DNA of 64,000 bases from Candidatus Dormiibacterota bacterium (GTDB lineage: Bacteria > Chloroflexota > Dormibacteria > Aeolococcales > Aeolococcaceae), in assembly GCA_963718525.1 (NCBI GenBank), contig OY970355.1, positions 1,504,001-1,568,000 of the forward strand. Direction: 5' to 3'. Below are positions 49,638-58,960 of this stretch, piece after piece; the stretch's first letter is position 1; each line of letters begins with the position of its first letter. The notes below the pieces were generated by a model, which worked only from the letters and a program-made list of their open reading frames with translations, was not told the origin of the DNA and ran no database searches. The translations under genes and the position numbers were made by a program.

Positions 49638-50450
49638 TCACCGAATTGCGGCGTTGATCAACTCCGCGACCACCTTCGGCTGTTCGAGATACGGCAGGTG
49701 CGCCATCCCCTCGAACAGGTGAAACCGCGATTTGGGCAGCCAGTCGGCCAGTTCCTTCGACTGCGCGATCATGAATGGCAGGTCGAGGTCGCCGCATGCC
49801 ACGGTCACCGGGACCGAGATCTCCTCCAGCCTCGACCATGCGGTGATCCCACTCTTCCCGGATTCCTCGGGGATCTCGTTCTTCAACGCGATGGCGTTCA
49901 TCTCGAGCGCGAGAGCTCGAGCCGGTCCCGACACACGTCCCTCGGGGCCGCGCGGCCCATCGAGCCAGAGCCAGATCTCGATCCGGTTGATCTCGTCCAT
50001 CTCGCCGGACGTCTGGGCCGCCTCCCACATGCGCACGAGCCGGTCGGTGTTGGCGTCGAAGGTGCCCGGTTCGGGGGCGCCACTCACCGCCGGGGCGAGG
50101 AGCACCAGGCCGGCCACTCGTTCCGGGCTCGTGAGCGCGGCGTCGATGGCGATCTCGCCACCCATGGAACTGCCCACCAGCCACACGGGGCCGGTTGCCT
50201 CCTGATCGAGGACCGCGTACAGGTCCTCGAGGTGCGAGAAACCGTAGGTGACCCCGGACGTCTCGCCGTAGCCACGCAGGTCGTATGCCACGACACCCGT
50301 GGTCGGTTGGAGCGCCTCAGCGACCGCATACCAGGAGCGACGGTCGGTCACGCCGGAGTGGAGCAGGACGACCGGCTGCCCGACGCCCGGCCAGCGCTCG
50401 CCGGCGAGGGTGGCCGTGCCGCGCTGCACCGCGAACTTCTCGGAAGGCAC
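49638..50450 (-). CDS. Alpha/beta hydrolase
   Basis: LLHSG, YDLRGYG, GSSMGG, AHLP..E.P. Confidence 0.9.
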   Translation of the reverse strand: MPSEKFAVQRGTATLAGERWPGVGQPVVLLHSGVTDRRSWYAVAEALQPTTGVVAYDLRGYGETSGVTYGFSHLEDLYAVLDQEATGPVWLVGSSMGGEIAIDAALTSPERVAGLVLLAPAVSGAPEPGTFDANTDRLVRMWEAAQTSGEMDEINRIEIWLWLDGPRGPEGRVSGPARALALEMNAIALKNEIPEESGKSGITAWSRLEEISVPVTVACGDLDLPFMIAQSKELADWLPKSRFHLFEGMAHLPYLEQPKVVAELINAAIR

Positions 50451-50618
50451 CCGCCCATTCTGACCGGAGAAGCGCGGGGCGACGTGCTGAGCGCCGGCGG
50501 TGAGCCGACGCGGCGCGGATCGCCGGTCAGCGCGTAACTCGTCACGGGGTTGTAGAGAAGCGAGCGCAGGTCACTGACAGTGCCGGCCGGCGCGCGTCCT
50601 GTTGACATGATTCCGGTG

Positions 50619-51002
50619 ATGGCAGTCGACGAGGAGGAGGTCAACCAGTCGCTCAGACCGGTGCACGGACAGCTGTCATACCTGCAGATCCCGGCGATTG
50701 ACGTGAGGCGATCAGCGGAGTTTTATTCGCGCGTCTTCGGGTGGCATGTCGAGCACCCGCACCCCGGGTTCGACGCTCCCGGGCTCATCGGTCAGTGGGT
50801 GACCGACCAGCCGCCGACGCGCAGTGCGGGGCTGCTCCCCTGGTTGAATGTCGACAGCATCGATGATGCGATGAAGCTCGTTCGAGCACATGGCGGCGAG
50901 GTGCTCGAGCATCCGACGCCGGACGGTCCCGACCGACTTCTCGCGACCGTGCGCGACCCTGCCGGGAATCTCGTCGGCCTGGTGCAGCTCGTCGCTCGCT
51001 GA
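50619..51002 (+). CDS. VOC/glyoxalase family protein
   Basis: YLQIP, FYSRVFGW, GGEV, RDPAGN. Confidence 0.88.
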   Translation: MAVDEEEVNQSLRPVHGQLSYLQIPAIDVRRSAEFYSRVFGWHVEHPHPGFDAPGLIGQWVTDQPPTRSAGLLPWLNVDSIDDAMKLVRAHGGEVLEHPTPDGPDRLLATVRDPAGNLVGLVQLVAR

Positions 51003-51015
51003 GCGCGGACGGGCG

Positions 51016-51213
51016 TCAGCTCGCGAGCAGGAGGCGTGGCTCCACGAGGTGCCGGTGCCCGCACGCGACGCACTTCAACTCAGCGCGGACGGGGCGGACG
51101 CGCCGTCGCATCTCCTTGTACTCCGGCTGCGGGACGTGGACCGTCAGAGGGAGCAGCCTGGTCTCGCCGCAACGGACACAGCGGATCTGTCGCTGCTGAT
51201 TCGACCGTTTCAC
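51016..51213 (-). CDS. Small Zn-ribbon protein
   Basis: CVRCG...CVACGH; start uncertain. Confidence 0.5.
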   Translation of the reverse strand: MKRSNQQRQIRCVRCGETRLLPLTVHVPQPEYKEMRRRVRPVRAELKCVACGHRHLVEPRLLLAS

Positions 51214-51260
51214 GCGCGATATTCTGCTACGGGATCCCCCCGGCGCGCCATCCATCTGAC

Positions 51261-52445
51261 TCATACGGCGACGCCTGAAAGGGCCACGAGGGCACCAACC
51301 AGCCCGGCGAGGACGAGGCCGCTGACGACGCCTCGACGGATCACGAAGAACCAGAGCAGCGCGCCGGCAAGCACCGGAATCTGCCAGATCACCTGGAATT
51401 CAAGTCCGAGTGGGATCGTCGAACCCGCGATCGCCCCGATCACCGCGGGACCCGCCCCGGTAAGGAATGCCTGGATCGAGGCATTCGTCCGGATCTGATC
51501 GAATCGCGGGCCGCCTGCCAGCACGAACACGAAGGATGGAGCGAACGCAACCACCACGGCGAGCAGACCCCCGGCGAGACTCGCGGCGGCGTAGCCGACG
51601 ACAGCGACGGTCAGCACGACCGGCCCCGGTGTGATCTGACCGAGCGCAACGGCGTCGAGGAATTGGGCGCCGGTCATCCAGTGGTAGGTGTCGACCGCGT
51701 CGTGCTGCATGAGCGGGACGATCACAAAACCGCCGCCATACGACAGCGCGCCGACCTTGAACGCCACCCACGCGAGAGCGCCGAGGCCGGCGAGCGTGAC
51801 CGTATGCACCCCAGCCGCAACGACCAATCCGGATGCGGAACGGGATCCGGGTGATCGCGCGTTCCGATGCTGGACCGCCACCTCGGCGAGCCCGCACAGC
51901 AGCAGCACGAGCACCAGGAACGGCCCGATCAGTGCGGCAGACAACGCCCCGGCGACGGCGAATACCAGCCATCGAGCTCGCCGCGCCCGTCCGGTGCCGG
52001 CGCGCCTCCAGCTCGACGGCGCCAGCCCCCAGGCGGCGTACAACGCCACTGCGGGCACGGCTGCGCCGGCCCCCACGGCTGCGCCGAGAATCCAGATCGG
52101 CGGGTGTGTCGCCAGGAAGATCGCCGACAGAACGAGGATGAGGGCGAGGCCTGGTGCGATGAAACAGATGCCGCCGAGGAGGGCGCCTGGTACACCCCGC
52201 AGTCGCCATGCGCAGAAGATCGCCAGCTGCGTCGATGCAGGACCGGGCAGCAGGCTCGTGGCCGAGATGCCGTCCTCGAACTCCTCCGCGTCGAGCCAAT
52301 GGCGTTGCTGCACGCAGAGCCGGCGCAGCAACGCGATGTGCGCCGGTGGGCCGCCAAAACCGATGCACCCGAGGCGCAACCATTCGCGAGCGATGGTTGC
52401 GAGCGACACCCTCTCGCGGATGTCCGCGCGGTTGCGCTCGAGCAC
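51261..52445 (-). CDS. chrA: Chromate efflux transporter ChrA
   Basis: GFGGPPAHI, LPGPASTQ, YGGGFV, GQITPGP. Confidence 0.92.
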   Translation of the reverse strand: MLERNRADIRERVSLATIAREWLRLGCIGFGGPPAHIALLRRLCVQQRHWLDAEEFEDGISATSLLPGPASTQLAIFCAWRLRGVPGALLGGICFIAPGLALILVLSAIFLATHPPIWILGAAVGAGAAVPAVALYAAWGLAPSSWRRAGTGRARRARWLVFAVAGALSAALIGPFLVLVLLLCGLAEVAVQHRNARSPGSRSASGLVVAAGVHTVTLAGLGALAWVAFKVGALSYGGGFVIVPLMQHDAVDTYHWMTGAQFLDAVALGQITPGPVVLTVAVVGYAAASLAGGLLAVVVAFAPSFVFVLAGGPRFDQIRTNASIQAFLTGAGPAVIGAIAGSTIPLGLEFQVIWQIPVLAGALLWFFVIRRGVVSGLVLAGLVGALVALSGVAV

Positions 52446-52458
52446 GCGTGCGGAAACC

Positions 52459-53190
52459 TCAGGACTGCGTGTCGGGTCCAGGGTCGCGCATCGCCGACCA
52501 CGACCGGTGACGATCCTGCGCGTCGATCGCCCACTGCAGGGTCTCGAGGACGTGGCTGAGGTGCGCCGCCATAGCCGCATCACATGCATCGGGGTCGTGC
52601 GCTGCAATCGCGGCGACGATCGCCTCGTGCTCGCGAAGGGATTGCTCAGGCCGGCCCGGGCGGAGGATCGTGCCGTACTGGAACCGAATGCTCTGCGACT
52701 TGAGGGTGACGAGAACCTTCGTCGCCACCTGATTGCCGGAGATCCTCCAGATTCGTCGGTGCAACTGCGTGTTGAGCTGGCTGTAGCCGAACGTATCGGA
52801 TTCGCGGAGGCGCTCGGTCATGGCGTCGAGGATGGCTCGAAGGTCAGCGAGGTCCGCGCTGGTCGCCAGCCCCGCGGCGCTGCGGGTGAGGAGGCGTTCG
52901 AGTGCGTTGCGTACTTGCTCGATCTCGAGCGCTTCACGTGCTGAGATCAGCCGGACTCGGGCGCCGCGGTTAGGCTCGCGGACGATCAGGCCCTCCTGAT
53001 CCAGCACGGCGAGGGCGGCGCGAATCGCCGTTCGTCCCGCGCCAAACCGAACGGATAGATCCGCCTCGACGAGGCGCTCATTGGGTTGAAACTCGCCTCC
53101 GACAATCGCCTGACGGAGCCGGTCGCAAGGATCCGCAAGGGCGCGGATGCGCTGTTTCCTCGGTGTCAGCGGGGGGGCTAGATTGTTCAC
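52459..53190 (-). CDS. GntR/FCD transcriptional regulator
   Basis: ERLVEADL, R..IRAAL..L..EGL, EH..I..AI. Confidence 0.92.
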   Translation of the reverse strand: MNNLAPPLTPRKQRIRALADPCDRLRQAIVGGEFQPNERLVEADLSVRFGAGRTAIRAALAVLDQEGLIVREPNRGARVRLISAREALEIEQVRNALERLLTRSAAGLATSADLADLRAILDAMTERLRESDTFGYSQLNTQLHRRIWRISGNQVATKVLVTLKSQSIRFQYGTILRPGRPEQSLREHEAIVAAIAAHDPDACDAAMAAHLSHVLETLQWAIDAQDRHRSWSAMRDPGPDTQS

Positions 53191-53217
53191 AACAGTGTCG
53201 CTAGTATTGTCGACAAT
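53182..53217. promoter_or_regulatory. GntR-type operator pair
   Basis: Perfect palindrome ATTGTCGACAAT (53206-53217) and imperfect ATTGTTCACAAC (53182-53193) over the gntR start. Confidence 0.7.
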
Positions 53218-53254
53218 CTTCGCCAGCCGCGCTCCGGGCGCTAGGAGGGATCTG

Positions 53255-54574
53255 ATGCTCGCAAGCCATCATCGGGTCGGCAAAGAGGTGGGGGTGCTCT
53301 TCGCGATGCTCACCGTCGCGCTCGCTGCGTGCGGGAGTTCGACGCCCGGAGCGACGGCGAGCTCGTCGCCGCTGCTCATCGGGGTCATCGCGCCATTCAC
53401 CGGCGCTGACGCCGCGCTTGGACCCGCGTATTTCGCGGCATGTCTCCCCGCCGCCCGAGCGATCAACAACGCAGGCGGTGTCATGGGGCACATGGTGAGC
53501 TGCCAGGAGTTTGACACTCGCGGTGAACCGGCGGACGCCGTCCCGGCCGCGCAGCAGATGATCGCGAGCCACTCGAACCTGATGGCGGTTGTGGGTTGCA
53601 CCTCGGACGAGGCCGCGAGCGTGGCACCGATCCTCAACCAGGCGCATATCCCGATGTTCTGCATGACCGGCCAATCGGAATTCAACAAGACGAGCTTCAC
53701 CTACTTCCATCGCCTTGTCCCTCCCGATGAGTTCGACGCCTTCGCAATGGTAGGAAGCGCGCTCGACCACTTCAACTACAAGAAGGTCGCCCTTGTCTTC
53801 GGAAACGACATCGGTTCCCAGGCGTTCGTGGGACCAGCGATGACCGCTCTCAAGAACCTCGGCGCCACCGTGACGATCAACCAGGCGATCGCGCTCGGTC
53901 AATCGTCGTACCGGACCGAGGTCACTGCGATGCTGGCGACCCATCCGGACGTGATCTTCACCGAGGCACTCGGACCGACCGATGCCACGTACTTGTCCGA
54001 GGTCAAGCAGTTGAACAACGGCGTCATGCTGCCGTTCATGGGAACGTCGGCAACGATTGACCCGGTGTGGTTCGGGGCGGTGACGGGGGCGGTCGGCGTC
54101 CAGACAGTGGTCGACAAGTTCACCGCGGTGGACCTCGGCGTGTCGTTCAGCGGACCGGGGTACGACGAGTTCAAGACGAATCTAGACGCCGTGGCATCGC
54201 AGTTCCCTGATGCGCCGAAGTATTCGCAGCGCGGGGCGACGCTTCACCTCTACGACGGCATCATGCAGGCCGCGCTGGCCATGGATGAGACCAAGAGCAC
54301 CGACCCGACCGTGTACAACTCCGTGATCAAGGACGTCGGCAACGGAGTCGCCGGCGCGACCACCGTGAACACCTATGCGGCCGGCGTGGCCGCAATCAAG
54401 AACGGCCAGAAGGTTCGCTGGGTTGGCGCCGGTGGGCTCACCAACTACAACCAGTACAACAACTCCCAGCAGGGCTACATCCTGGTTCGCTATGACGCGT
54501 CGGGCAATGAGATCACCATCGGAACGCTCACCCAGGCGCAGACCGCGGCCATCATCACGGCGGGTGGTGGCTGA
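53255..54574 (+). CDS. Liv-type ABC substrate-binding lipoprotein
   Basis: LAACG lipobox, IG..P.TG, INNAGGV.G. Confidence 0.9.
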   Translation: MLASHHRVGKEVGVLFAMLTVALAACGSSTPGATASSSPLLIGVIAPFTGADAALGPAYFAACLPAARAINNAGGVMGHMVSCQEFDTRGEPADAVPAAQQMIASHSNLMAVVGCTSDEAASVAPILNQAHIPMFCMTGQSEFNKTSFTYFHRLVPPDEFDAFAMVGSALDHFNYKKVALVFGNDIGSQAFVGPAMTALKNLGATVTINQAIALGQSSYRTEVTAMLATHPDVIFTEALGPTDATYLSEVKQLNNGVMLPFMGTSATIDPVWFGAVTGAVGVQTVVDKFTAVDLGVSFSGPGYDEFKTNLDAVASQFPDAPKYSQRGATLHLYDGIMQAALAMDETKSTDPTVYNSVIKDVGNGVAGATTVNTYAAGVAAIKNGQKVRWVGAGGLTNYNQYNNSQQGYILVRYDASGNEITIGTLTQAQTAAIITAGGG

Positions 54575-54601
54575 GTCACCGATCGGTCGGGGGCGGCGGC
54601 G

Positions 54602-55486
54602 ATGAGTTTCATCGTCGCCGCATTCGGCTTCGGCCTCGTATCCATGTCGATCATCGCCATCTCGGCGGTTGGATTCACGATGCAATTCGGCATCACGAAC
54701 ATGATCAACCTGGCCTATGGGCAGGTGATGATCGCCTCCGCATATGCCGCGTACGCGGTGAACAGCGCAGGAGTGAGCATCTGGCTGGCCCTACCGGTGG
54801 CGGCCGGGTTCGGGGCGGTCTTCTCGTTCCTGCTCAACCGCCTGGTATATGCGCCGTTCCAGCGCAAGGGAACGAACCTCATTGGCATGGTGATCATCTC
54901 CCTCGCCGTGTCACTGGTCATCGCGAACGTGATGCTGCCGATCGCCGGCTACTACAGCGTGTCCTACCAGCAGAACCCCGGCCCGACGTACCACCTTGGG
55001 TCGATCGCTCTGACGGGAGAGCAGCTTGCCATCATCGCGGTCGCGGTGGTGGTGATGCTCGCCATCCACGCGTTGCTCCGATTCACTCGCCTGGGCAAGG
55101 CGATGCGAGCCACCGCCGCCAATCCAACCCTCGCCCGCAACTGCGGCATTCCAACTTCCCGGGTGATCGATCTCGCCTGGCTCATCACCGGCGCCCTCTG
55201 CGGCATTGCGGGCGCCGTCGCCGGCATGAACTCGGACTCGTTCTCCGTCGCCAGCGGATCCGAGTTCTTGATTCCGATCATTGCGGCGTCGATCCTCGGC
55301 GGGGCCGGGAGTCCCTACGGGGCGATGATCGGCGCGGTGATCATTGGGGAGATGACCGAGATCAGTGCCGCAATCATCTCGCCCGAGTACAAGCAGGTTG
55401 TCGCTTTCGCAGTGCTGGTACTGGTCATGGTGCTGCGGCCTCAGGGCCTGCTCGCCAAGCGAGGCGCACTCGCGGCTGCCGGGTGA
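54602..55486 (+). CDS. livH: LivH-type ABC permease
   Basis: INLAYG, TRLGKAMRA.A.N, RPQGL. Confidence 0.88.
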   Translation: MSFIVAAFGFGLVSMSIIAISAVGFTMQFGITNMINLAYGQVMIASAYAAYAVNSAGVSIWLALPVAAGFGAVFSFLLNRLVYAPFQRKGTNLIGMVIISLAVSLVIANVMLPIAGYYSVSYQQNPGPTYHLGSIALTGEQLAIIAVAVVVMLAIHALLRFTRLGKAMRATAANPTLARNCGIPTSRVIDLAWLITGALCGIAGAVAGMNSDSFSVASGSEFLIPIIAASILGGAGSPYGAMIGAVIIGEMTEISAAIISPEYKQVVAFAVLVLVMVLRPQGLLAKRGALAAAG

Positions 55487-56472
55487 CCTACTACCTCACG
55501 ACGATTCTCGTCTATGCAGCCGTCGACATCCTGGCGTGTCTCGCGATCAGTCTGCAATTCGGCGTTTCCGGGATCGTCAACTTCAGCTTCATCATCTTCC
55601 AGGCGGCCGGCGCGTACACCGCCGGGGTGCTCTCGCTGCCGGCGGACACCGAAAACGGCGGCTTCCAGACCTACATCCTGGGCCTCCATCTGAGCTTTCC
55701 GCTCCCCTGGATCGGCGCCACGTTGGTCGGCGCGCTGCTCGCCATCCCGATCGAACTCGTTGCGCTGCGGCGGCTGCGAAGCGACTATCAGGCGATTGCG
55801 ATGCTTGTGCTCTCGGTCATCGCCAGCCTGGTGGTCACCAACACGCCAGCCTTCCTCGACGGCGCCGCCGGCCTCTCGCTCGTTCCCCAGCCACTGTCAG
55901 ACAGGTTCAACCCGTACTCGGAAGGCTACCTGTGGGCCTATACGGTAGGTGCGTTGGTTCTGGCCGTGATCGTCTTCTTCATCGCGCAGCGGGTGATCAA
56001 CTCGCCATATGGCCGCTCACTTCGAGCCATGCGCGAGAACGAGATGGCTGCGAACGCGCTCGGCAAGAATGCGGTTGCGTTGAAGATGACGGTATTCATC
56101 CTGGGTGGCGCGATCGCCGGGTTGAGCGGCGCCATCCTGGTCGGCTTCATCACGACGTGGGCGCCATCGACGTGGCTCTACCCGGAAACGCTGATCCTGT
56201 TCGCGGCCGTGATCGTTGGCGGTCGTGGAAACAACTTCGGCGCAGTGCTTGGGGCGCTGCTCGTTCCCGTGGGATTCGAGGAAGCCACGCGTTATCTGCC
56301 GCCGTTCGGGCCGCCGGGACTCATCCCCGCCCTCGAGTGGGTGTGCATCGGCGGTCTGATCCTCGGCTTCCTCTGGTTCCGGCCCCGCGGCGTGCTCCCC
56401 GAGCGGCGTCGAGTGTTCCCAGCGCGACTGAAGACCGTTGAGGTCGGGGAGCTTCATGCCGGTCGGGACTGA
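55483..56472 (+). CDS. livM: LivM-type ABC permease
   Basis: RLRSDY.AI, SPYGRSLRAMRENE, GGRGN, RPRG. Confidence 0.88.
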   Translation: MTYYLTTILVYAAVDILACLAISLQFGVSGIVNFSFIIFQAAGAYTAGVLSLPADTENGGFQTYILGLHLSFPLPWIGATLVGALLAIPIELVALRRLRSDYQAIAMLVLSVIASLVVTNTPAFLDGAAGLSLVPQPLSDRFNPYSEGYLWAYTVGALVLAVIVFFIAQRVINSPYGRSLRAMRENEMAANALGKNAVALKMTVFILGGAIAGLSGAILVGFITTWAPSTWLYPETLILFAAVIVGGRGNNFGAVLGALLVPVGFEEATRYLPPFGPPGLIPALEWVCIGGLILGFLWFRPRGVLPERRRVFPARLKTVEVGELHAGRD

Positions 56473-57274
56473 CGCCATCGCGCCCACCCCAGCCTCGGGC
56501 TTACAGCCACCCGCCGAGCGACCGCTCCTGGTCGCTCGTCACGTCAGCAGACATTTCGAGGGGGTCCGCGCAGTCGAGGACGTTTCGATCGAGGTGCTCC
56601 CGGGTCGCATCACCGGTCTCATCGGTCCCAACGGCGCCGGAAAGTCGACGTTCCTCGCCGTGCTCGCAGGCACGCTGCCGGCTAGCTCCGGCGCGATCAC
56701 CTTCGACGGCGAGGATGTCACCGCCCTGCCGGCGTTCCGTCGTGCACGGCGCGGGCTGGTGCGCACATTCCAGCTTCCGTCGGAATTCGCGCAGCTCACG
56801 GTCCTCGAGAACCTGCTCGCGGCGGCGCCGGACAATCGTGGCGACTCGCTCCTGGGGGCGATCCTGGGCAAGCGCTACTGGAAGGCGGATGAGGATCGCC
56901 TTGTGGAACAGGCGCGCGTCCTGCTCGACCGCTTCCGGATGAGCGCCAAGGAGTCGGACTACGCGAGCTCGCTCAGCGGCGGTCAGAAACGCCTCGTCGA
57001 GATCATGCGCGCGCTCATGCTGCGGCCGCGATTGCTGCTGCTCGACGAGCCGATGTCAGGCGTGCATCCCTCGATCGTCGGGGAGATCGCCGACTATTGC
57101 GAGGCGCTCCGCGACGATGGTCTGACGATTCTGATGGTCGAACATGAGCTCCACATGATCGAACGCATGTGCAACCCGGTCATCGTCATGGCTCAGGGGG
57201 GTGTCATCGGCCAGGGGACGATGGGTGCCCTTCGGCAGCAACGCGAAATTGTCGACGCGTACCTTGTCGGATAA
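56456..57274 (+). CDS. livG: LivG-type ABC ATPase
   Basis: GPNGAGKST, RTFQ, LSGGQ, DEP, DAYL. Confidence 0.9.
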   Translation: MPVGTDAIAPTPASGLQPPAERPLLVARHVSRHFEGVRAVEDVSIEVLPGRITGLIGPNGAGKSTFLAVLAGTLPASSGAITFDGEDVTALPAFRRARRGLVRTFQLPSEFAQLTVLENLLAAAPDNRGDSLLGAILGKRYWKADEDRLVEQARVLLDRFRMSAKESDYASSLSGGQKRLVEIMRALMLRPRLLLLDEPMSGVHPSIVGEIADYCEALRDDGLTILMVEHELHMIERMCNPVIVMAQGGVIGQGTMGALRQQREIVDAYLVG

Positions 57275-58058
57275 CACGGCGGGGGCCGTCGCGGAAAGGC
57301 CGGCCCCGCTGCTGCGAGCGGAGCACATCACCGCGGGGTACGGTGGCGTTCCGGTCATCCAGGACATCAGCTTGAGCGTCGGCCCAGGCGAGATCGTCGC
57401 GATCATCGGACCCAATGGTGCCGGCAAGAGCACGCTGCTGAAAGCACTCGTCGGCATTCTTCGTGTCACCAATGGCCGGATCATGCTCGGCGACCACGAG
57501 GTCACCAATCACCGCCCCGAGGAGCTCGCGCGCCGGGGAGTTGGCTACGTGCCCCAGGTGCAGGACATCTTCGAGCCCCTCACGGTGCTCGAGAACCTCG
57601 AGATGGGCGGATACCTCCTTCCCACCGCAGCGATTCGCACACGTGTCGAGGATGTGCTGAAGGTGTTCCCGGCACTCGCACCGATGCTCAGGCGGCGCGC
57701 GGACAAGCTCAGCGGTGGCGAACGCAAGATGCTGGCGATCGCGCGAGTCCTGATGCTTGATCCGAAGGTGCTGATCCTCGATGAGCCAACCGCAAACCTG
57801 GCCCCGCAGCTGGCCGACAAACTGCTCCGCGAGCAGGTGAAGGGCCTTGGGGCGCTGGGCAAAGCGGTGCTGCTGGTCGAGCAGCGCGCACGTGCGGCGC
57901 TGGAGATCGCCGCCTACACGTCCGTTCTTGTCTCTGGATCCATTCGCATGGAAGGCCGGCCCGGCGAACTCCTCGATCGCCAGGATTTCGAGGAACTGTT
58001 TTTGGGAGCCGCAACGAGTCTCAGCTCGGCGTCCGGCTCGGAGGCGAACAAGGTATGA
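57264..58058 (+). CDS. livF: LivF-type ABC ATPase
   Basis: AGYG, GPNGAGKST, LSGGE, LVEQ; TTG start inferred. Confidence 0.9.
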   Translation: MSDNTAGAVAERPAPLLRAEHITAGYGGVPVIQDISLSVGPGEIVAIIGPNGAGKSTLLKALVGILRVTNGRIMLGDHEVTNHRPEELARRGVGYVPQVQDIFEPLTVLENLEMGGYLLPTAAIRTRVEDVLKVFPALAPMLRRRADKLSGGERKMLAIARVLMLDPKVLILDEPTANLAPQLADKLLREQVKGLGALGKAVLLVEQRARAALEIAAYTSVLVSGSIRMEGRPGELLDRQDFEELFLGAATSLSSASGSEANKV

Positions 58059-58960
58059 AGCTGCTCATGTTTCGCGACGGTGATGCGGCGCGTCTCGGCG
58101 TCGGCCGCGATGGCGTGCCGGAGGAGATCGTCGACGTCGCCGCTGTAGCCAACGGAACGACTGGCACACTGCCAACGACGATTCTGGGTGTGATCGATGC
58201 CGGCGAGGGCGGGCTCGACAGCCTGCGCACCCTCGCGTCCGCTGCACCATCGAGCGCCATCCGCCGGATCGCTGACCTGACGTTGCTGCCTCCCTTCGAT
58301 CCACCGCGCGGGAACGTCCTCGCGATCGGGCGAAACTATCAGAAGCACGCCGAGGAAACCGCACGCGCCTCGAACGTCGCGGTCGGCCCGCCGACGATCT
58401 TCACCAAAGCGATCACCACCGTCGCCGCCCCCTACGCGGACATCCGCATCGACCCGTCCGTGAGCACCAAGATCGACTGGGAGGTCGAGCTCGGCGTGGT
58501 CATCGGACGCCGCGGCGCCAACATCAAGCGAGAGGATGCGCTCAGCCATGTCTTCGGCTATACCGTCCTCAACGATGTGACGGCGCGCGACATTCAGAAC
58601 GGTTGGGGCGGTCAATGGTTCAAGGGCAAGAGCCTCGACGGGTCATGCCCGGTGGGACCCTGGGTGTTGACGCGCGATGAAGTCTCCGACGTGCAGTCGT
58701 TACACCTGCAGCTTCGGATCAACGGCGACATCAAGCAGGACGCCAACAGCCGCGACATGATCTATCCCGTGGACGCGATCATCGAATGGCTGTCCGTCGG
58801 CATGACCTTGCTTCCCGGGATGTTGATAGCGACCGGCACGCCGGAGGGAGTCGGATTCGCGCGTACTCCACCGGAGTACCTGCAGCCCGGGGACGTCATG
58901 GAGTCGGAGATCGAGGGAATCGGCAAGCTCCGCAACGCCGTGGTCGCATCGCCGGCCTGA
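58055..58960 (+). CDS. Fumarylacetoacetate hydrolase family protein
   Basis: GRNY..H, DWEVEL, NDVTARD, GKS.D, TGTPEGVG. Confidence 0.92.
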   Translation: MKLLMFRDGDAARLGVGRDGVPEEIVDVAAVANGTTGTLPTTILGVIDAGEGGLDSLRTLASAAPSSAIRRIADLTLLPPFDPPRGNVLAIGRNYQKHAEETARASNVAVGPPTIFTKAITTVAAPYADIRIDPSVSTKIDWEVELGVVIGRRGANIKREDALSHVFGYTVLNDVTARDIQNGWGGQWFKGKSLDGSCPVGPWVLTRDEVSDVQSLHLQLRINGDIKQDANSRDMIYPVDAIIEWLSVGMTLLPGMLIATGTPEGVGFARTPPEYLQPGDVMESEIEGIGKLRNAVVASPA